Position numbers and translations under genes: made by a program
Virus record (IMG/VR): IMGVR_UViG_3300036770_008729
Span: 1 to 64,000 of that record
DNA length: 64,000 nucleotides
Strand: one strand, 5' to 3'
The notes under the pieces: generated by a model
Told to the model about the DNA's origin: nothing
What the model saw: only the letters and a program-made list of their open reading frames with translations
The model's database searches: none
In this document: piece after piece, positions 1-10,200 of the stretch
How positions within the stretch are numbered: position 1 is the stretch's first letter
How the letters are laid out: each line of letters opens with the position of its first letter

Positions 1-354
1 AGAACCAGATGTTCCGCTACCAGATGTTCCAGAAGTGCCATTGGATCCGGATGTTCCAGATGTTCCACTAGAACCAGATGTTCCAGAAGTGCCATTAGAA
101 CCAGAAGTCCCAGAAGTGCCATTAGATCCGGATGTTCCGCTAGAACCAGATGTTCCGCTAGAACCAGATGTTCCACTAGAACCAGAAGTCCCAGAAGTAC
201 CATTAGATCCGGATGTTCCAGATGTTCCACTAGAACCAGAAGTCCCAGAAGTACCATTAGATCCGGATGTTCCAGATGTTCCACTAGAACCAGATGTTCC
301 AGATGTACCATTGGATCCGGATGTTCCAGATGTACCATTGGATCCGGATGTTCC
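1..354 (-). repeat. Coding tandem repeat of 9-nt units encoding G-x-y triplets (GTS/GSS/GSN)
   Basis: Recurring agatgttcc / agaaccaga / ttggatccgg units on the + strand. Confidence 0.9.
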
Positions 355-768
355 TGGTGGTGAGTATGTCCAACTAGCATTACCCTGTGAATCACTTATT
401 AAAAAATAACCTTGACTAGCACCTGTTGGTATTTGTAGTTGTGATAAAGTTGCCCCGCCAGCCCTGATATTAGAATAAGCTAAAGGTATCACACTTCCTA
501 AAGTAGTGTGATCATTGTTTGTAGATATAAACGTCCAAACATCTTCCGTTTCATTCCAAACTATACCTTGTGTTGCTGCGAGTGGTCCTCTGTCTACAAA
601 AATACCAGCATCAAAATAAGGTCCAGATTGACTATGTGCCAAAACTATAATAGGATCTTGTACGGTCAAACTTGTTGAATTTATAATTGAATAAGAACCA
701 ATTATTGAAAAACTACCCGTAATTAGAACATCACCATTTATTTCTGTATTTCCGTATATCTTTGGCAT
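1..768 (-). CDS. Partial (runs off left edge) tail-fibre-like protein with a collagen-like Gly-Thr-Ser/Gly-Ser-Asn repeat tract
   Basis: Not in the ORF track. ATG at 768 reads MPKIYGNTEINGDVLITGSFSIIG...WTYSPP, then GTS GSN GTS GTS GSS repeats to the edge with no stop. Directly downstream of the fibre gene 786-3905 on the same strand. Confidence 0.8.
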   Translation of the reverse strand, partial: MPKIYGNTEINGDVLITGSFSIIGSYSIINSTSLTVQDPIIVLAHSQSGPYFDAGIFVDRGPLAATQGIVWNETEDVWTFISTNNDHTTLGSVIPLAYSNIRAGGATLSQLQIPTGASQGYFLISDSQGNASWTYSPPGTSGSNGTSGTSGSNGTSGTSGSSGTSGTSGSNGTSGTSGSSGTSGTSGSNGTSGTSGSSGTSGSSGTSGSSGTSGSNGTSGTSGSNGTSGTSGSSGTSGTSGSNGTSGTSGSGTSGS

Positions 769-785
769 ATTAGTTTGTATTTTTT

Positions 786-3700
786 TTAACCTATAATAAT
801 TGTTTTTACATTAGTTAATGTCGAACTAAAAATTATATCAACTGAACCAGTTCCTGTTATTTGAATATTTCCTGGTATAATCATTTGTCCTGTGCTATCA
901 AAAGTCTGAACAAAAACATCTTCTGTTCCAAGATTGTGTGTTATACTTTCAGTGACACTTGCTGTAAATGTTCTCAAATCTTTGTGTTTTTTTGTTAGAC
1001 CTAAACTCGTAGAAGATGTCCAACTACTTAATCCACTACCGTCAGTTGTCAGTAAATATCCATTAACACCAGAGTTATTCGGTAGTGTATATGAGTTATT
1101 TATCACTACTGATTGTCCTAAATTAATACTCGATGCACTTAATGTTATCGTAGATGCATTAGTAATAGTAAAATCAAAAGACACCGCATCAATAGAAGTA
1201 TTTTGCAAAAAGGAACCTCCAATTCCATATACATTCGTAGATATTTGTGAAATACCGTTATCAAAAGTTCCTGTGAATCCAGTAGTCGTTTGAAATATAG
1301 ACGAGTTCACTCTCCATCTATTTTCGATAGTTTCATAGACTAGTTCTATACTCTCATCATCGGAAACTACCAAATCTGTTCCTGCATTACCAGTTATGAT
1401 TCTATTAGATGATAAACTCGAACTATTGTTGTGTTGAATTATTATATCATCCGGTCCTGTGTTTGTAATCGTTAATCTTTTCCCGATATAACCATCACTA
1501 AATCCTGTTATATAAACAGGTGATCCAGATGAGTTTTCTACTACTATATAAGATGTATCTGATGTTGAATAGTTATTGTAGGTTCCAGTAAGGTTTTGAA
1601 TAGAACTATGTCTTGTCGCTAAATCTCCTGATACATCAAGTCTAGTATTAGGAACTAAATTATTTATTCCTATCTTTCCACTAGAGTCAGCAACTATTCT
1701 GATATTACCACTTCCATTACTTATAAAAATAGAACCAGTAGTTCCAGCAGAAACTGTTATGTTTGATCCAACAAATGTGTTATTACTTCCTGATGTTAAT
1801 CCTCTTCCTGTATTATAACCTAAGAATGTATTGTTATTACCAATAATACTTTCATATCCAGCATAAGCACCTATAGCAGTGTTATTACTTCCTATCGTAT
1901 TTCCGAAAAGAACCTCGTGACCAATTGTACTGTTATTAGAAGATGTGGCTGATGAATAGAGACCTCTTGTTCCTACTGATACATTATTACCACCTCTCAA
2001 ACTATAAGAGTTTTGTAGACCTACTGATACATTGGATGTTCCCGTTCTATTGTCAAATAATGACTGGTAACCAATAGAAACATTAAATGATCCTGTCGTA
2101 CTGTTGTAGGAAGATTTATATCCTACAGCAACATTACTTAATCCAGTGCTACTAAAATATAAAGACTGATTTCCAATTGCAACTGTATTAGTTCCTGTCG
2201 TATTAGTTCTCAATGAGTCAGATCCAATAGAGACATTTTCAAATCCTGTAGTGTTAGAATATTGAGAGTAATATCCTATGGCTACATTATCATTACCTGT
2301 AGAATTGGTTCTTAATGATAATACACCAATAGCAACATTTTGATATCCTGTATTATTAAGTTGAAGTGAACTAAGTCCAACTGCTGTATTATTACCACCA
2401 GAACCGTTACTTCTCATTGAATTTCTTCCAATAGCCGTGTTATTTATTCCACTAGATGTAGAGGAATTGATAGCTTCGAATCCAAATACCGTATTAGTTG
2501 ATATATTTGAAGATCCCCTACCTGCATAAACTCCGTTTATAGACATATTTGTTGAGGTGCTTGCAGTTCCATCATCAAAGAAGGATGAAGTTGAAGACAG
2601 TGAAGTTGATCCTGTCCATTTCGGTAAAAAATTAACAGTTCCTGTTCCTGTAACATTTGTTGCAAAAACACTATCAACATATCCTTTAGTAGGAATGGAT
2701 AAAGAATCCCATCCAGGTTGAGTAGAAGGTTGAACTGTATATTTACCTAAAACATCTCCTTGTAGTTGAATATTACTTGTGTATAAAGTATTAGATTGAG
2801 TAGCTGAAATATTAGAACCACCAATTATCACTGAATTAGTTATACCTGAATTAAATGATGAATTTCTACTTCCAACAAAAATTGGATTTTTATCAGTATT
2901 GGAAGATGTTGATGATATTAAATTAGTAGATACTAATATATCATCATTATTTATTCCAATTGAAACTGAAGATTGAGTAGTAGAAGAAGGAGTTGCAAAA
3001 ATTTGAACTAATTTTTCTCCCAAAGAAATTGATTCACCTATTCCATTTTCTAAAACTAATTGATTTGCAACTATACCTAAATCTATTTTAGAATTACCTG
3101 ATGTTGATTTTATAAATTGACCAGATTGTATAATAATATCGTTTGCTCCGGTTGTTGCTCCTACCGCTAAAACAGTAGCTAAATTAGGTGATGAATTTTC
3201 ATTTTGCCAAGTTACATTTCCTAATCCATCTGTTTTAAGAATTTGATTTGATGAACCATCTGATGATGGTAATCTATATTGTCCGTTAATATTTACTGTG
3301 TTACCTAAGTAGACTGTATTTGATTGAGTTGCTGTTAGAGTAGTTCCTCCAATTATTACGGAATTTGATACACCAGCATTAAATGACGAATCTTTAGTTC
3401 CTATGAATACCGCGCTTCTATCATTAGAGTTTACACTTCTTGAAAAGAATGCATTTTCTTTTATGGATATTTCTTGATATTTATCTGAATTAAAATTATA
3501 AGAAACACCTATGTTAATTTCTCTATCTAAACCAGTTGATTTTAAGTTTATATTTTTAGAATTCAAATCTATCAATGATTCCTGATTTGTTCCATTATCT
3601 GAACTTAAATAAATATGACTTTCTGTTGCTAAAGAAAAGAATACTTTAGATGTTCCATAATCTGAAACTATTCCTGTTCCTGATGCAACTATCAAATCAT

Positions 3701-3905
3701 TAGTTCCTGTTGTGTTACCAACTGATAAAACTGATGAAAGAGAAGGAGTTGATCCTATTCCTCCTGAACCAGCTATCGGAGTAACAACTCCAAATTGATC
3801 TTTTTGCTTGATTATACCATCTAGATCATATGCCACTGTATACCCATTGGATGGTGTGGCGACCGTTGTCATGTCTACAAGATTATTAAATATAACGTAA
3901 CTCAT
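786..3905 (-). CDS. Tail fibre / adhesin-like structural protein with trimeric-autotransporter-like NTAIG/NVAVG repeats
   Basis: 1039 aa, Ser/Thr/Gly-rich; about 14-aa repeats (NTAIG, NTAVG, NVAIG); LPxxxGxxGxxLxTDGxGxxSW fibre motifs; C-terminal THNLGT..V.VQ domain. Confidence 0.75.
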   Translation of the reverse strand: MSYVIFNNLVDMTTVATPSNGYTVAYDLDGIIKQKDQFGVVTPIAGSGGIGSTPSLSSVLSVGNTTGTNDLIVASGTGIVSDYGTSKVFFSLATESHIYLSSDNGTNQESLIDLNSKNINLKSTGLDREINIGVSYNFNSDKYQEISIKENAFFSRSVNSNDRSAVFIGTKDSSFNAGVSNSVIIGGTTLTATQSNTVYLGNTVNINGQYRLPSSDGSSNQILKTDGLGNVTWQNENSSPNLATVLAVGATTGANDIIIQSGQFIKSTSGNSKIDLGIVANQLVLENGIGESISLGEKLVQIFATPSSTTQSSVSIGINNDDILVSTNLISSTSSNTDKNPIFVGSRNSSFNSGITNSVIIGGSNISATQSNTLYTSNIQLQGDVLGKYTVQPSTQPGWDSLSIPTKGYVDSVFATNVTGTGTVNFLPKWTGSTSLSSTSSFFDDGTASTSTNMSINGVYAGRGSSNISTNTVFGFEAINSSTSSGINNTAIGRNSMRSNGSGGNNTAVGLSSLQLNNTGYQNVAIGVLSLRTNSTGNDNVAIGYYSQYSNTTGFENVSIGSDSLRTNTTGTNTVAIGNQSLYFSSTGLSNVAVGYKSSYNSTTGSFNVSIGYQSLFDNRTGTSNVSVGLQNSYSLRGGNNVSVGTRGLYSSATSSNNSTIGHEVLFGNTIGSNNTAIGAYAGYESIIGNNNTFLGYNTGRGLTSGSNNTFVGSNITVSAGTTGSIFISNGSGNIRIVADSSGKIGINNLVPNTRLDVSGDLATRHSSIQNLTGTYNNYSTSDTSYIVVENSSGSPVYITGFSDGYIGKRLTITNTGPDDIIIQHNNSSSLSSNRIITGNAGTDLVVSDDESIELVYETIENRWRVNSSIFQTTTGFTGTFDNGISQISTNVYGIGGSFLQNTSIDAVSFDFTITNASTITLSASSINLGQSVVINNSYTLPNNSGVNGYLLTTDGSGLSSWTSSTSLGLTKKHKDLRTFTASVTESITHNLGTEDVFVQTFDSTGQMIIPGNIQITGTGSVDIIFSSTLTNVKTIIIG

Positions 3906-3926
3906 TCAAAAAATTATTTGTTAGAG

Positions 3927-3935
3927 TATATATTA
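3927..3935 (-). promoter_or_regulatory. Putative phage late-promoter motif TAATATATA
   Basis: Same 9-mer as before several other structural or tagged genes; 21 nt upstream of ATG 3905. Confidence 0.45.
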
Positions 3936-3971
3936 TTTCTAAAAATCTTATTTTAATTCTAAAGTTAAAAA

Positions 3972-4334
3972 TTAGTATTTAGGAAGGTTCATGTCTGTAT
4001 TGATTTCAATTTTGAAATTGAAACCTGTATCTTCATCAGTGCCATATTTTATATCACTACTATATCCGTTAGACCCATCAAATGTTTTTGGTTTTGAACC
4101 ATGTAATAAAGATTTTTTTCTTTCAATCTCATTTTTTTTCTTTTGTTCTTCTAATTCTATCATTTGCTCAAATGTGAGTGAATTATCTGTTTGTTCAGGA
4201 ACAACTTGATTTGTGTTATATGAAGAAGTTTGATGTCCGTATTTTCTAAGGATCTGTTCGGCTTCCCAACCTGTTATTTCTTTTTCAGATTCAATTTTTT
4301 GTACTTCTATTTGTCTTACTTCTGGTCTGTTCAT
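3972..4334 (-). CDS. Hypothetical protein
   Basis: 120-aa ORF; TAAATATATA lies 4 nt upstream of the ATG. Confidence 0.7.
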   Translation of the reverse strand: MNRPEVRQIEVQKIESEKEITGWEAEQILRKYGHQTSSYNTNQVVPEQTDNSLTFEQMIELEEQKKKNEIERKKSLLHGSKPKTFDGSNGYSSDIKYGTDEDTGFNFKIEINTDMNLPKY

Positions 4335-4400
4335 AAATTATATATTTATTTTAAAAAAATAAAAAACCTTTTATTTTTTTTATATATAGTAATAATATAT

Positions 4401-4472
4401 TGCGGGATAGAGCAGAGGAAGCTCGCAAGGCTCATAACCTTGAGGTCGGAGGTTCGATTCCTTCTCCCGCTA
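4401..4472 (+). tRNA. trnM: tRNA-Met(CAT), initiator-like
   Basis: Acceptor TGCGGGA/TCCCGCT with 1:72 mismatch; D-stem GAGC/GCTC (A11:U24); anticodon arm CAAGG-CTCATAA-CCTTG; T-loop TTCGATT. Confidence 0.92.
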
Positions 4473-4478
4473 CAATTG

Positions 4479-4507
4479 AAAAACCTACTTTAGAGTAGGT
4501 TTTTTTT
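4479..4507 (+). terminator. Intrinsic terminator, probably bidirectional
   Basis: AAAACCTACT-TTAG-AGTAGGTTTT plus T-run, between the tRNA and a convergent ORF. Confidence 0.8.
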
Positions 4508-4513
4508 ATTAAA

Positions 4514-5068
4514 TCAAATAAATTCATATTGTCTAATCCAGATAGTAGCAATATATTTTGTTCCTGATATAACAGGGAGACCAGCATGAATACTATCATA
4601 GTCTAAAGTTCCATCATCATTTAAATTTGACCAAACAACAATTTTAGCTGTCTCTGGTTTGATTTTTTTTCCAATACTTGGAAAGTTAGTTTCACCACCT
4701 GAAAAGTTATCATTTAAATATAAGAGTACAGTATGTGTTCTTTGTCCACCTCTTTTCATTTGTTCTTCATAGTAAGATTCACCAGGGTGAAGAAAATCAT
4801 GATGATCTTTGTATTGACCTCCTACTTCATATTTGACTATATGTATATTTTCCATATTGATAATAGGAATGCCAACAAGTGAGGAAACCATTTTTATATA
4901 TTTTGATACATACTCATCTTCATCACTTTTCAACCAACATCCATCAGCTACTCTATATCCGTCTATATTTTTACCAAGAGTAGCAGCAGGTTTAAATTTA
5001 GAGTTAGCTAAAGAAATAAACTTTTCACACAATTCAACTTCACAAAAATTGGAATATTCTTCTATCAT
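4514..5068 (-). CDS. 2OG-Fe(II) oxygenase, prolyl 4-hydroxylase alpha-like
   Basis: YEVGGQYKDHHD (HxD), RTHTVLLYLND, GGETNFP, HAGLPV..GTKYIATIWIR. Confidence 0.88.
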   Translation of the reverse strand: MIEEYSNFCEVELCEKFISLANSKFKPAATLGKNIDGYRVADGCWLKSDEDEYVSKYIKMVSSLVGIPIINMENIHIVKYEVGGQYKDHHDFLHPGESYYEEQMKRGGQRTHTVLLYLNDNFSGGETNFPSIGKKIKPETAKIVVWSNLNDDGTLDYDSIHAGLPVISGTKYIATIWIRQYEFI

Positions 5069-5069
5069 A

Positions 5070-5453
5070 TTAAAAGCTAATTTTATAATTTACTCCAACT
5101 TCTTTGGTTTCTGGATTAAGATTTAAATTCAAACCCTTAATAAATTCTGGACTAATAACAATTGTTTTATCAGGTAAAAATTTTATGAAATCAGCTACAA
5201 ATTTTTTTGGTTCTAAAATATTATTTCCTAACATATTTACTAAAACTTGCTTGTTCTGAACTCCAGTTTTTTTGATTTGAATATTATATTTGTTACAAGT
5301 GTCTATTATATTCATTGCCGGTTTATTTTTAATTATTTCCTGAGCATCTAATTTAGAAATACCCAATCCTAAAAAAGTCGCTAAAGAAAAAGCAACATTT
5401 CTTAGTTGACTTTCATTCAATTTAAAATCATCAAAACCTAACAAATATTCCAT
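5070..5453 (-). CDS. Hypothetical protein with N-terminal tag-like sequence (MEYLLGFDDFKLNES)
   Basis: 127-aa ORF; TAATATATA at 5461-5469. Confidence 0.7.
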   Translation of the reverse strand: MEYLLGFDDFKLNESQLRNVAFSLATFLGLGISKLDAQEIIKNKPAMNIIDTCNKYNIQIKKTGVQNKQVLVNMLGNNILEPKKFVADFIKFLPDKTIVISPEFIKGLNLNLNPETKEVGVNYKISF

Positions 5454-5559
5454 ATTAGCATATATATTAATAATTTGTTAACAACTTCATCATAAACAAA
5501 AATCTTTTACATGAAACAATTTGTATATTTGTAATTAAAATAAAAAAAACAAAAACAAT

Positions 5560-5937
5560 ATGAAAAAAATATCCATAAAAACTACAATTATAGTAAGTGT
5601 AGTATTAGCAGGTCTAATTGTAAGTTACTTAGTAAGTAATAACAATCATGATGTTACATGTGTAAGTAATAATAACAATCATGATGTTACATGTGTAACT
5701 AAAAATGATAATTTTGACATAACAAAAGACGGTGTATATCTGAAGGAATTCTATAAAGATAGTGATGATCCTTTTACAAAGGTAAATAAGGATACTATCC
5801 GAATACTAGATATTCAAGAATCTAAAAGAAATGGTAAATTTTATGTTAAATGGACATTTACTAAATGGAATGATACTACTAGATATATTTCTTCTGAGCT
5901 ATCATATATTGCAGAAAATACTATAAGAATCAAATAG
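5560..5937 (+). CDS. Hypothetical protein with N-terminal membrane anchor
   Basis: Hydrophobic N-terminal helix; TATATTTG at 5524-5531 upstream. Confidence 0.7.
   Translation: MKKISIKTTIIVSVVLAGLIVSYLVSNNNHDVTCVSNNNNHDVTCVTKNDNFDITKDGVYLKEFYKDSDDPFTKVNKDTIRILDIQESKRNGKFYVKWTFTKWNDTTRYISSELSYIAENTIRIK
5632..5698 (+). repeat. In-frame tandem duplication (30/33 nt)
   Basis: gtaagtaat(aat)aacaatcatgatgttacatgt present twice; encodes VSNNN(N)HDVTC x2. Confidence 0.9.
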
Positions 5938-5972
5938 TAATTTTATATATAATCTAAATACAATTTATTACT

Positions 5973-6344
5973 ATGTTAAAGATAGATTGGTATTTAGAAC
6001 AACCATACGACTTTGAATATAAAAATTATATTCTACTCGATTATGTTCAATCAGTAGATAAAAGTTATCAACTGCATCAACTGAGTCCTTATCTTCTTTG
6101 GACTGAAAAGCTTGTTTTGGAATTAAAAGATTTTCAAAAAAAAAGAATTCAATTTCTAAAAAAACTTGAAAAGGATGTTTTATTATATGAGTATGGTAAA
6201 ATTCAGATAGTTAAATCTAAAATTAAAGAGCCGGATTTTATTAAAACTATAACCGAAATAATAGACTTTTCTCAACCTATATTAGAATCAAAAGTTAAAT
6301 TTGGGTATAAATTGTTAAGTAAATATCCACAATTGCTATATTGA
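5973..6344 (+). CDS. Hypothetical protein
   Basis: 123-aa ORF, N-terminus DWYLEQPYDFEYKNYILLDY. Confidence 0.7.
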   Translation: MLKIDWYLEQPYDFEYKNYILLDYVQSVDKSYQLHQLSPYLLWTEKLVLELKDFQKKRIQFLKKLEKDVLLYEYGKIQIVKSKIKEPDFIKTITEIIDFSQPILESKVKFGYKLLSKYPQLLY

Positions 6345-6386
6345 GAAGATGTAGTACAAATATATACATCAAAAAATAATAATAGT

Positions 6387-6566
6387 ATGCCAACTAAAGA
6401 TAAAATGTTTTCTCTGAGACTTCCAGAGGAATTGTTAGAAAATTATAAAAGATTTTGCGATGAAAATTCTTTTAATATTTCTAAAAGGTTAAGAAAATTT
6501 ATGGAAAGAGATATTGAAATTTGGAAAGAAAAAATGATAAAAAAAGATAACAACTCAAATAAATAG
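6387..6566 (+). CDS. Small ribbon-helix-helix (Arc/CopG-like) DNA-binding protein
   Basis: Not in the track; 59 aa MPTKDKMFSLRLPEELLENYKRFCDENSFNISKRLRKFME..., with the RHH pattern of an alternating beta-strand then two helices. Confidence 0.7.
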   Translation: MPTKDKMFSLRLPEELLENYKRFCDENSFNISKRLRKFMERDIEIWKEKMIKKDNNSNK

Positions 6567-6570
6567 TTTA

Positions 6571-7074
6571 TTAATTCTCTTTCCAATCATCTCTATTATT
6601 TAGAAATCTTAAATCATTGGTTGTTATATTGATATTTTTGAAGTGATTAAAAAAATCAACTAATTTTTCAACTGATTCATCTGTGAAAGAAAATATACAA
6701 TCCTTACAATCCTTACAAAATTTAGTTCCGTATGTCATATTCTGGATCACATGAATTTTATTAGGTGGTTCTAAGCTAAATTCCGATACAACAAAATCAC
6801 CTAAAGTTATATCAACATCAAATCTTATACTTTTAGTTGTTGCATCTTGAACAGTGTATAAATCAATTTCAAGAGTATCAGTATATCCCCACTCATTTTC
6901 AGTATTTACATAAGTGATTTGAAACATATCGCTATTTTTCATAATATTACCTCTTTTGAATTTGTGAATTCCATATTCTTGAATAGTAAACTCTTCTGGT
7001 AATATTCTACTCAAATCTATATCATATATCATATTTGATTGAGAATAAGACTCGAATTTTTTTAAATATTTCAT
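6571..7074 (-). CDS. Hypothetical protein with N-terminal tag (MKYLKKFES); paralog of 18695-19471
   Basis: Start moved from 7134 to ATG 7074, with TAATATATA at 7080-7088; shares DIT..F(S)(L/I)EPPNKI and DESV..LV.FFN.F with 18695-19471. Confidence 0.75.
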   Translation of the reverse strand: MKYLKKFESYSQSNMIYDIDLSRILPEEFTIQEYGIHKFKRGNIMKNSDMFQITYVNTENEWGYTDTLEIDLYTVQDATTKSIRFDVDITLGDFVVSEFSLEPPNKIHVIQNMTYGTKFCKDCKDCIFSFTDESVEKLVDFFNHFKNINITTNDLRFLNNRDDWKEN

Positions 7075-7152
7075 ATCTTTATATATTAATTTTCTCTTTA
7101 TTATATTTTTCGTTATTTCGATTGTGTTAAACAAAATTTGACAATTTTTATA

Positions 7153-7161
7153 TAATATATA
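7153..7161 (+). promoter_or_regulatory. Putative late-promoter motif TAATATATA upstream of the T9SS cargo gene
   Basis: Exact 9-mer 88 nt before ATG 7250, followed by a GC-rich structured segment. Confidence 0.4.
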
Positions 7162-7249
7162 GTTTTATATGCTTTATGCTAATTAACTCGACCGGCCCAT
7201 GGTAGATGGGGGTTCCTGAAAAGGTTCTTCAATAGAGTAAAAAATATAT

Positions 7250-10200
7250 TTGATGATGAAATTTTTCAAGTACATATTTTTATCTCTGATAACCTTGTTA
7301 TCTATAAATTCTTTTTCACAAACCGCAATGCCTGCTTCTGGCACTAATGTTGGTGCATCATCGGGTAGTTGGCTAGTTCCTGCCAATGTTTATTCAATAG
7401 AAATTGATGCTTGGGGTGGTGGTGGAGCTGGTGCTGGTAAATCGACCTCAGGGACTGGTGGTTTAGCTGGTGGTGCAGGTGGATCAAGATCTACAACAAC
7501 AATTTCAGTAACACCTGGTCAAATCATATATTTTAGAGTGGCAGCCTCTAGACCCGGAACTACAGGAAATGCAGCAAACGGAAATGATACCTGGGTCAAT
7601 AAGTCATTAAATTCCGCACCTACATCTTCAACCGATGGTGTTGTCGCTAAAGGTGGGGCTAGTGCAGTTGGAACTGCTGCTGGTGTTGGTTCAACAACAG
7701 GATGTATAGGAACATCTAACCAAGGTGGTAGTGGTAGAGTCGGTGGTGTAACTGCTGGTGGTGGAGGTTCTGGTGCCGGTACGAACTTAGATGGTAATGA
7801 TGCCACAGGAACTGCTGGTGCGACCGCTCCTGCTGGTGGTGGTAATGGTGGTAATGGTCACTCATCTGGTGGTGCGGGTTCTGCTGGTTCAATTCCTGGT
7901 GGAGGAGGTGGTGGTGCCTATAAAAACAATAACACATCAAGAAGTGGAGGAGCTGGGGCAGCTGGTAGGGTTATACTTACTTATTTAGCTATTCCTAATT
8001 GTGCCTCTCTTAATGCACCATCAAACAATTCAACTGGTATTTCAACAAATCAAGTACTTAGTTGGGCTGCTGTTAGTGGTGCTACAAGTTATGATGTTTA
8101 TTTTGGTACAAGCTCTACTCCGCCTTTTGTTATAAATCAAACAGGAACATCTTATACTCCTACATTATCATATTCAACTCAATACTATTGGAAGGTAGTT
8201 GCTAAAAACTCAGCCGGTGATGCCTTAAGTTGTTCTACTTGGAACTTTACAACAAAAGATCCTGGTTGTCTTTCAGCAACCTACGGTCAGTATCCTAGTA
8301 CTACATATACACCATCTTGTATGGGAACCGTTGAGAATATAACTACTACTGGATATGCTAGTGAGTATTCGGTTGTTAGTTTACAAAATGGTGAAACTTA
8401 TACATTTTCTTCATCTAATTCTACTGATTTTATAACTATTTCTAATTCTGCTGGAACGACTGTTTTAGCATATGGCACAACACCTGTTTCGTGGACTTCT
8501 AATTTAACTGGAAATGTTAGATTTTATACACACACAAATGAGGCTTGTGGTTCTTCTACTACTGGTCGAACTAGAAGAGTTCAGTGTTCGATACCACCAC
8601 TTTGTACTTCTCTAATCTCACCTTCTGATGGATCTACTGGTCAGAGTATTGGTACTCAACTTTCTTGGCAATCTGTTTCTAATGCGAATAGTTATGATGT
8701 ATATTTTGGAACATCATCAAATCCACCTTTTATACAGAATCAGACAGGTACAACTTACTCCCCTTCATTGTCATATAATACTACCTACTACTGGAAAATA
8801 GTTCCTAAGAGTTCTGTTGGTAGTGCTACTGGTTGCTCAGTATGGTCTTTCACCACTGGTGGTCCTGGTTGCTTAAATTCTACTTATGGACAATATCCAA
8901 CATCGGTGTATAATCCAGGATGTACTGGAACACCCGAGAATATAACAACTGCTGGCTATGCTGGTGAATATTCTATGGTAACTTTAATTAGTAATGTTAA
9001 TTATACATTCTCGTCTTCTGTTGCTACTGATTTTATAACAATTAGTGATGAGTTAGGAACAACAATACTGGCTTATGGTACAGGTAGTGTTTCTTTTACT
9101 TGTCTTACTGATGGTAATTACAGATTTTATACTCACACTGATAATGCCTGTGGTTCTTCGAGTACTAGTAGAGTTAGAAGAATCCAATGTTCTACTCCAC
9201 CCCCACCGGCTAATGATTTAATTGCAAATGCACAAGATGTTGGTTTATGTGGTGGATCGTTTAATGGCAATACTAAGTTTGCTACAAATTCCGGAGATGG
9301 ACCAAGTTGTTGGACGGCTCCTTCTGAAAATTGGACAGCACCTGGTGTTTGGTACACGGTGGTTGGAAATGGTCAGAACATAACAGCATCTCTTTGTGGT
9401 TCTAATTATGATACCAAGCTATTTATTTATACAGGAACACCTGGTAGTTTGACTTGTCTTACTTACAATGATGATTTTTGCTCAACTCAATCACAAGTTA
9501 CGTTTTCATCGACATTAAATACTACTTATTATATGTTGGTTACTGGATATGGATCTGCAAAAGGTGCTTTCACATTTTCAGTAAGTTTGGATCCATCGGT
9601 TCCTGTTATATCAACAAATCCAACAAACAGCACAATTTGTCCAGGTTCAAGTTGGACATTTTCAGTTATCGCCTCTGGTAATCAAGGCCCTCTTTCTTAT
9701 CAATGGTATTTAGATGGAAATGTAATTAGTGGTGCTACTCAATCTACATATGATGCTTCGACTGCTGGTACCTACTATGTTATTGTTTCTAATAGTTGTG
9801 GTGCTACAACTCAATCAAGTAATGCTACATTAAGTTTATTTACTTTACCTACTATTACTGTTAATTCTCCTGAAATTTGTTTTGGTAATTCTACTACAAT
9901 TATTGCTTCTGGTGGCACTTCTTATAGTTGGTCAACCGGTGCCACTACCAGTTCAATATCTGTTAGTCCTATTTCAACAACTAATTATATTGTAACTGGA
10001 ACTGATGTGAATGGATGTCAGAATACAGCAACTTCAACAGTAACTGTAAATCCTAATCCATTAGTATCTCTAAACACACTATCAAGTACTATTTGTTCTG
10101 GTGGATCCGGTACTAATAACATTACAGCTACTCCGTCATCCGGTAATCCAACATATAATTATCAGTGGCAGTATTTTAATGGTACTTCTTGGGTTAATAC

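Noticed and set aside
1-354. Possible CRISPR array
   Set aside because: Repeats are 9-nt coding units without unique spacers; no cas genes or repeat-spacer pattern seen anywhere in the window
35-409. + strand ORF of PLDPDVP repeats
   Set aside because: Antisense shadow of the minus-strand GTS-repeat fibre gene, which has a proper start and matches the neighbouring gene orientation
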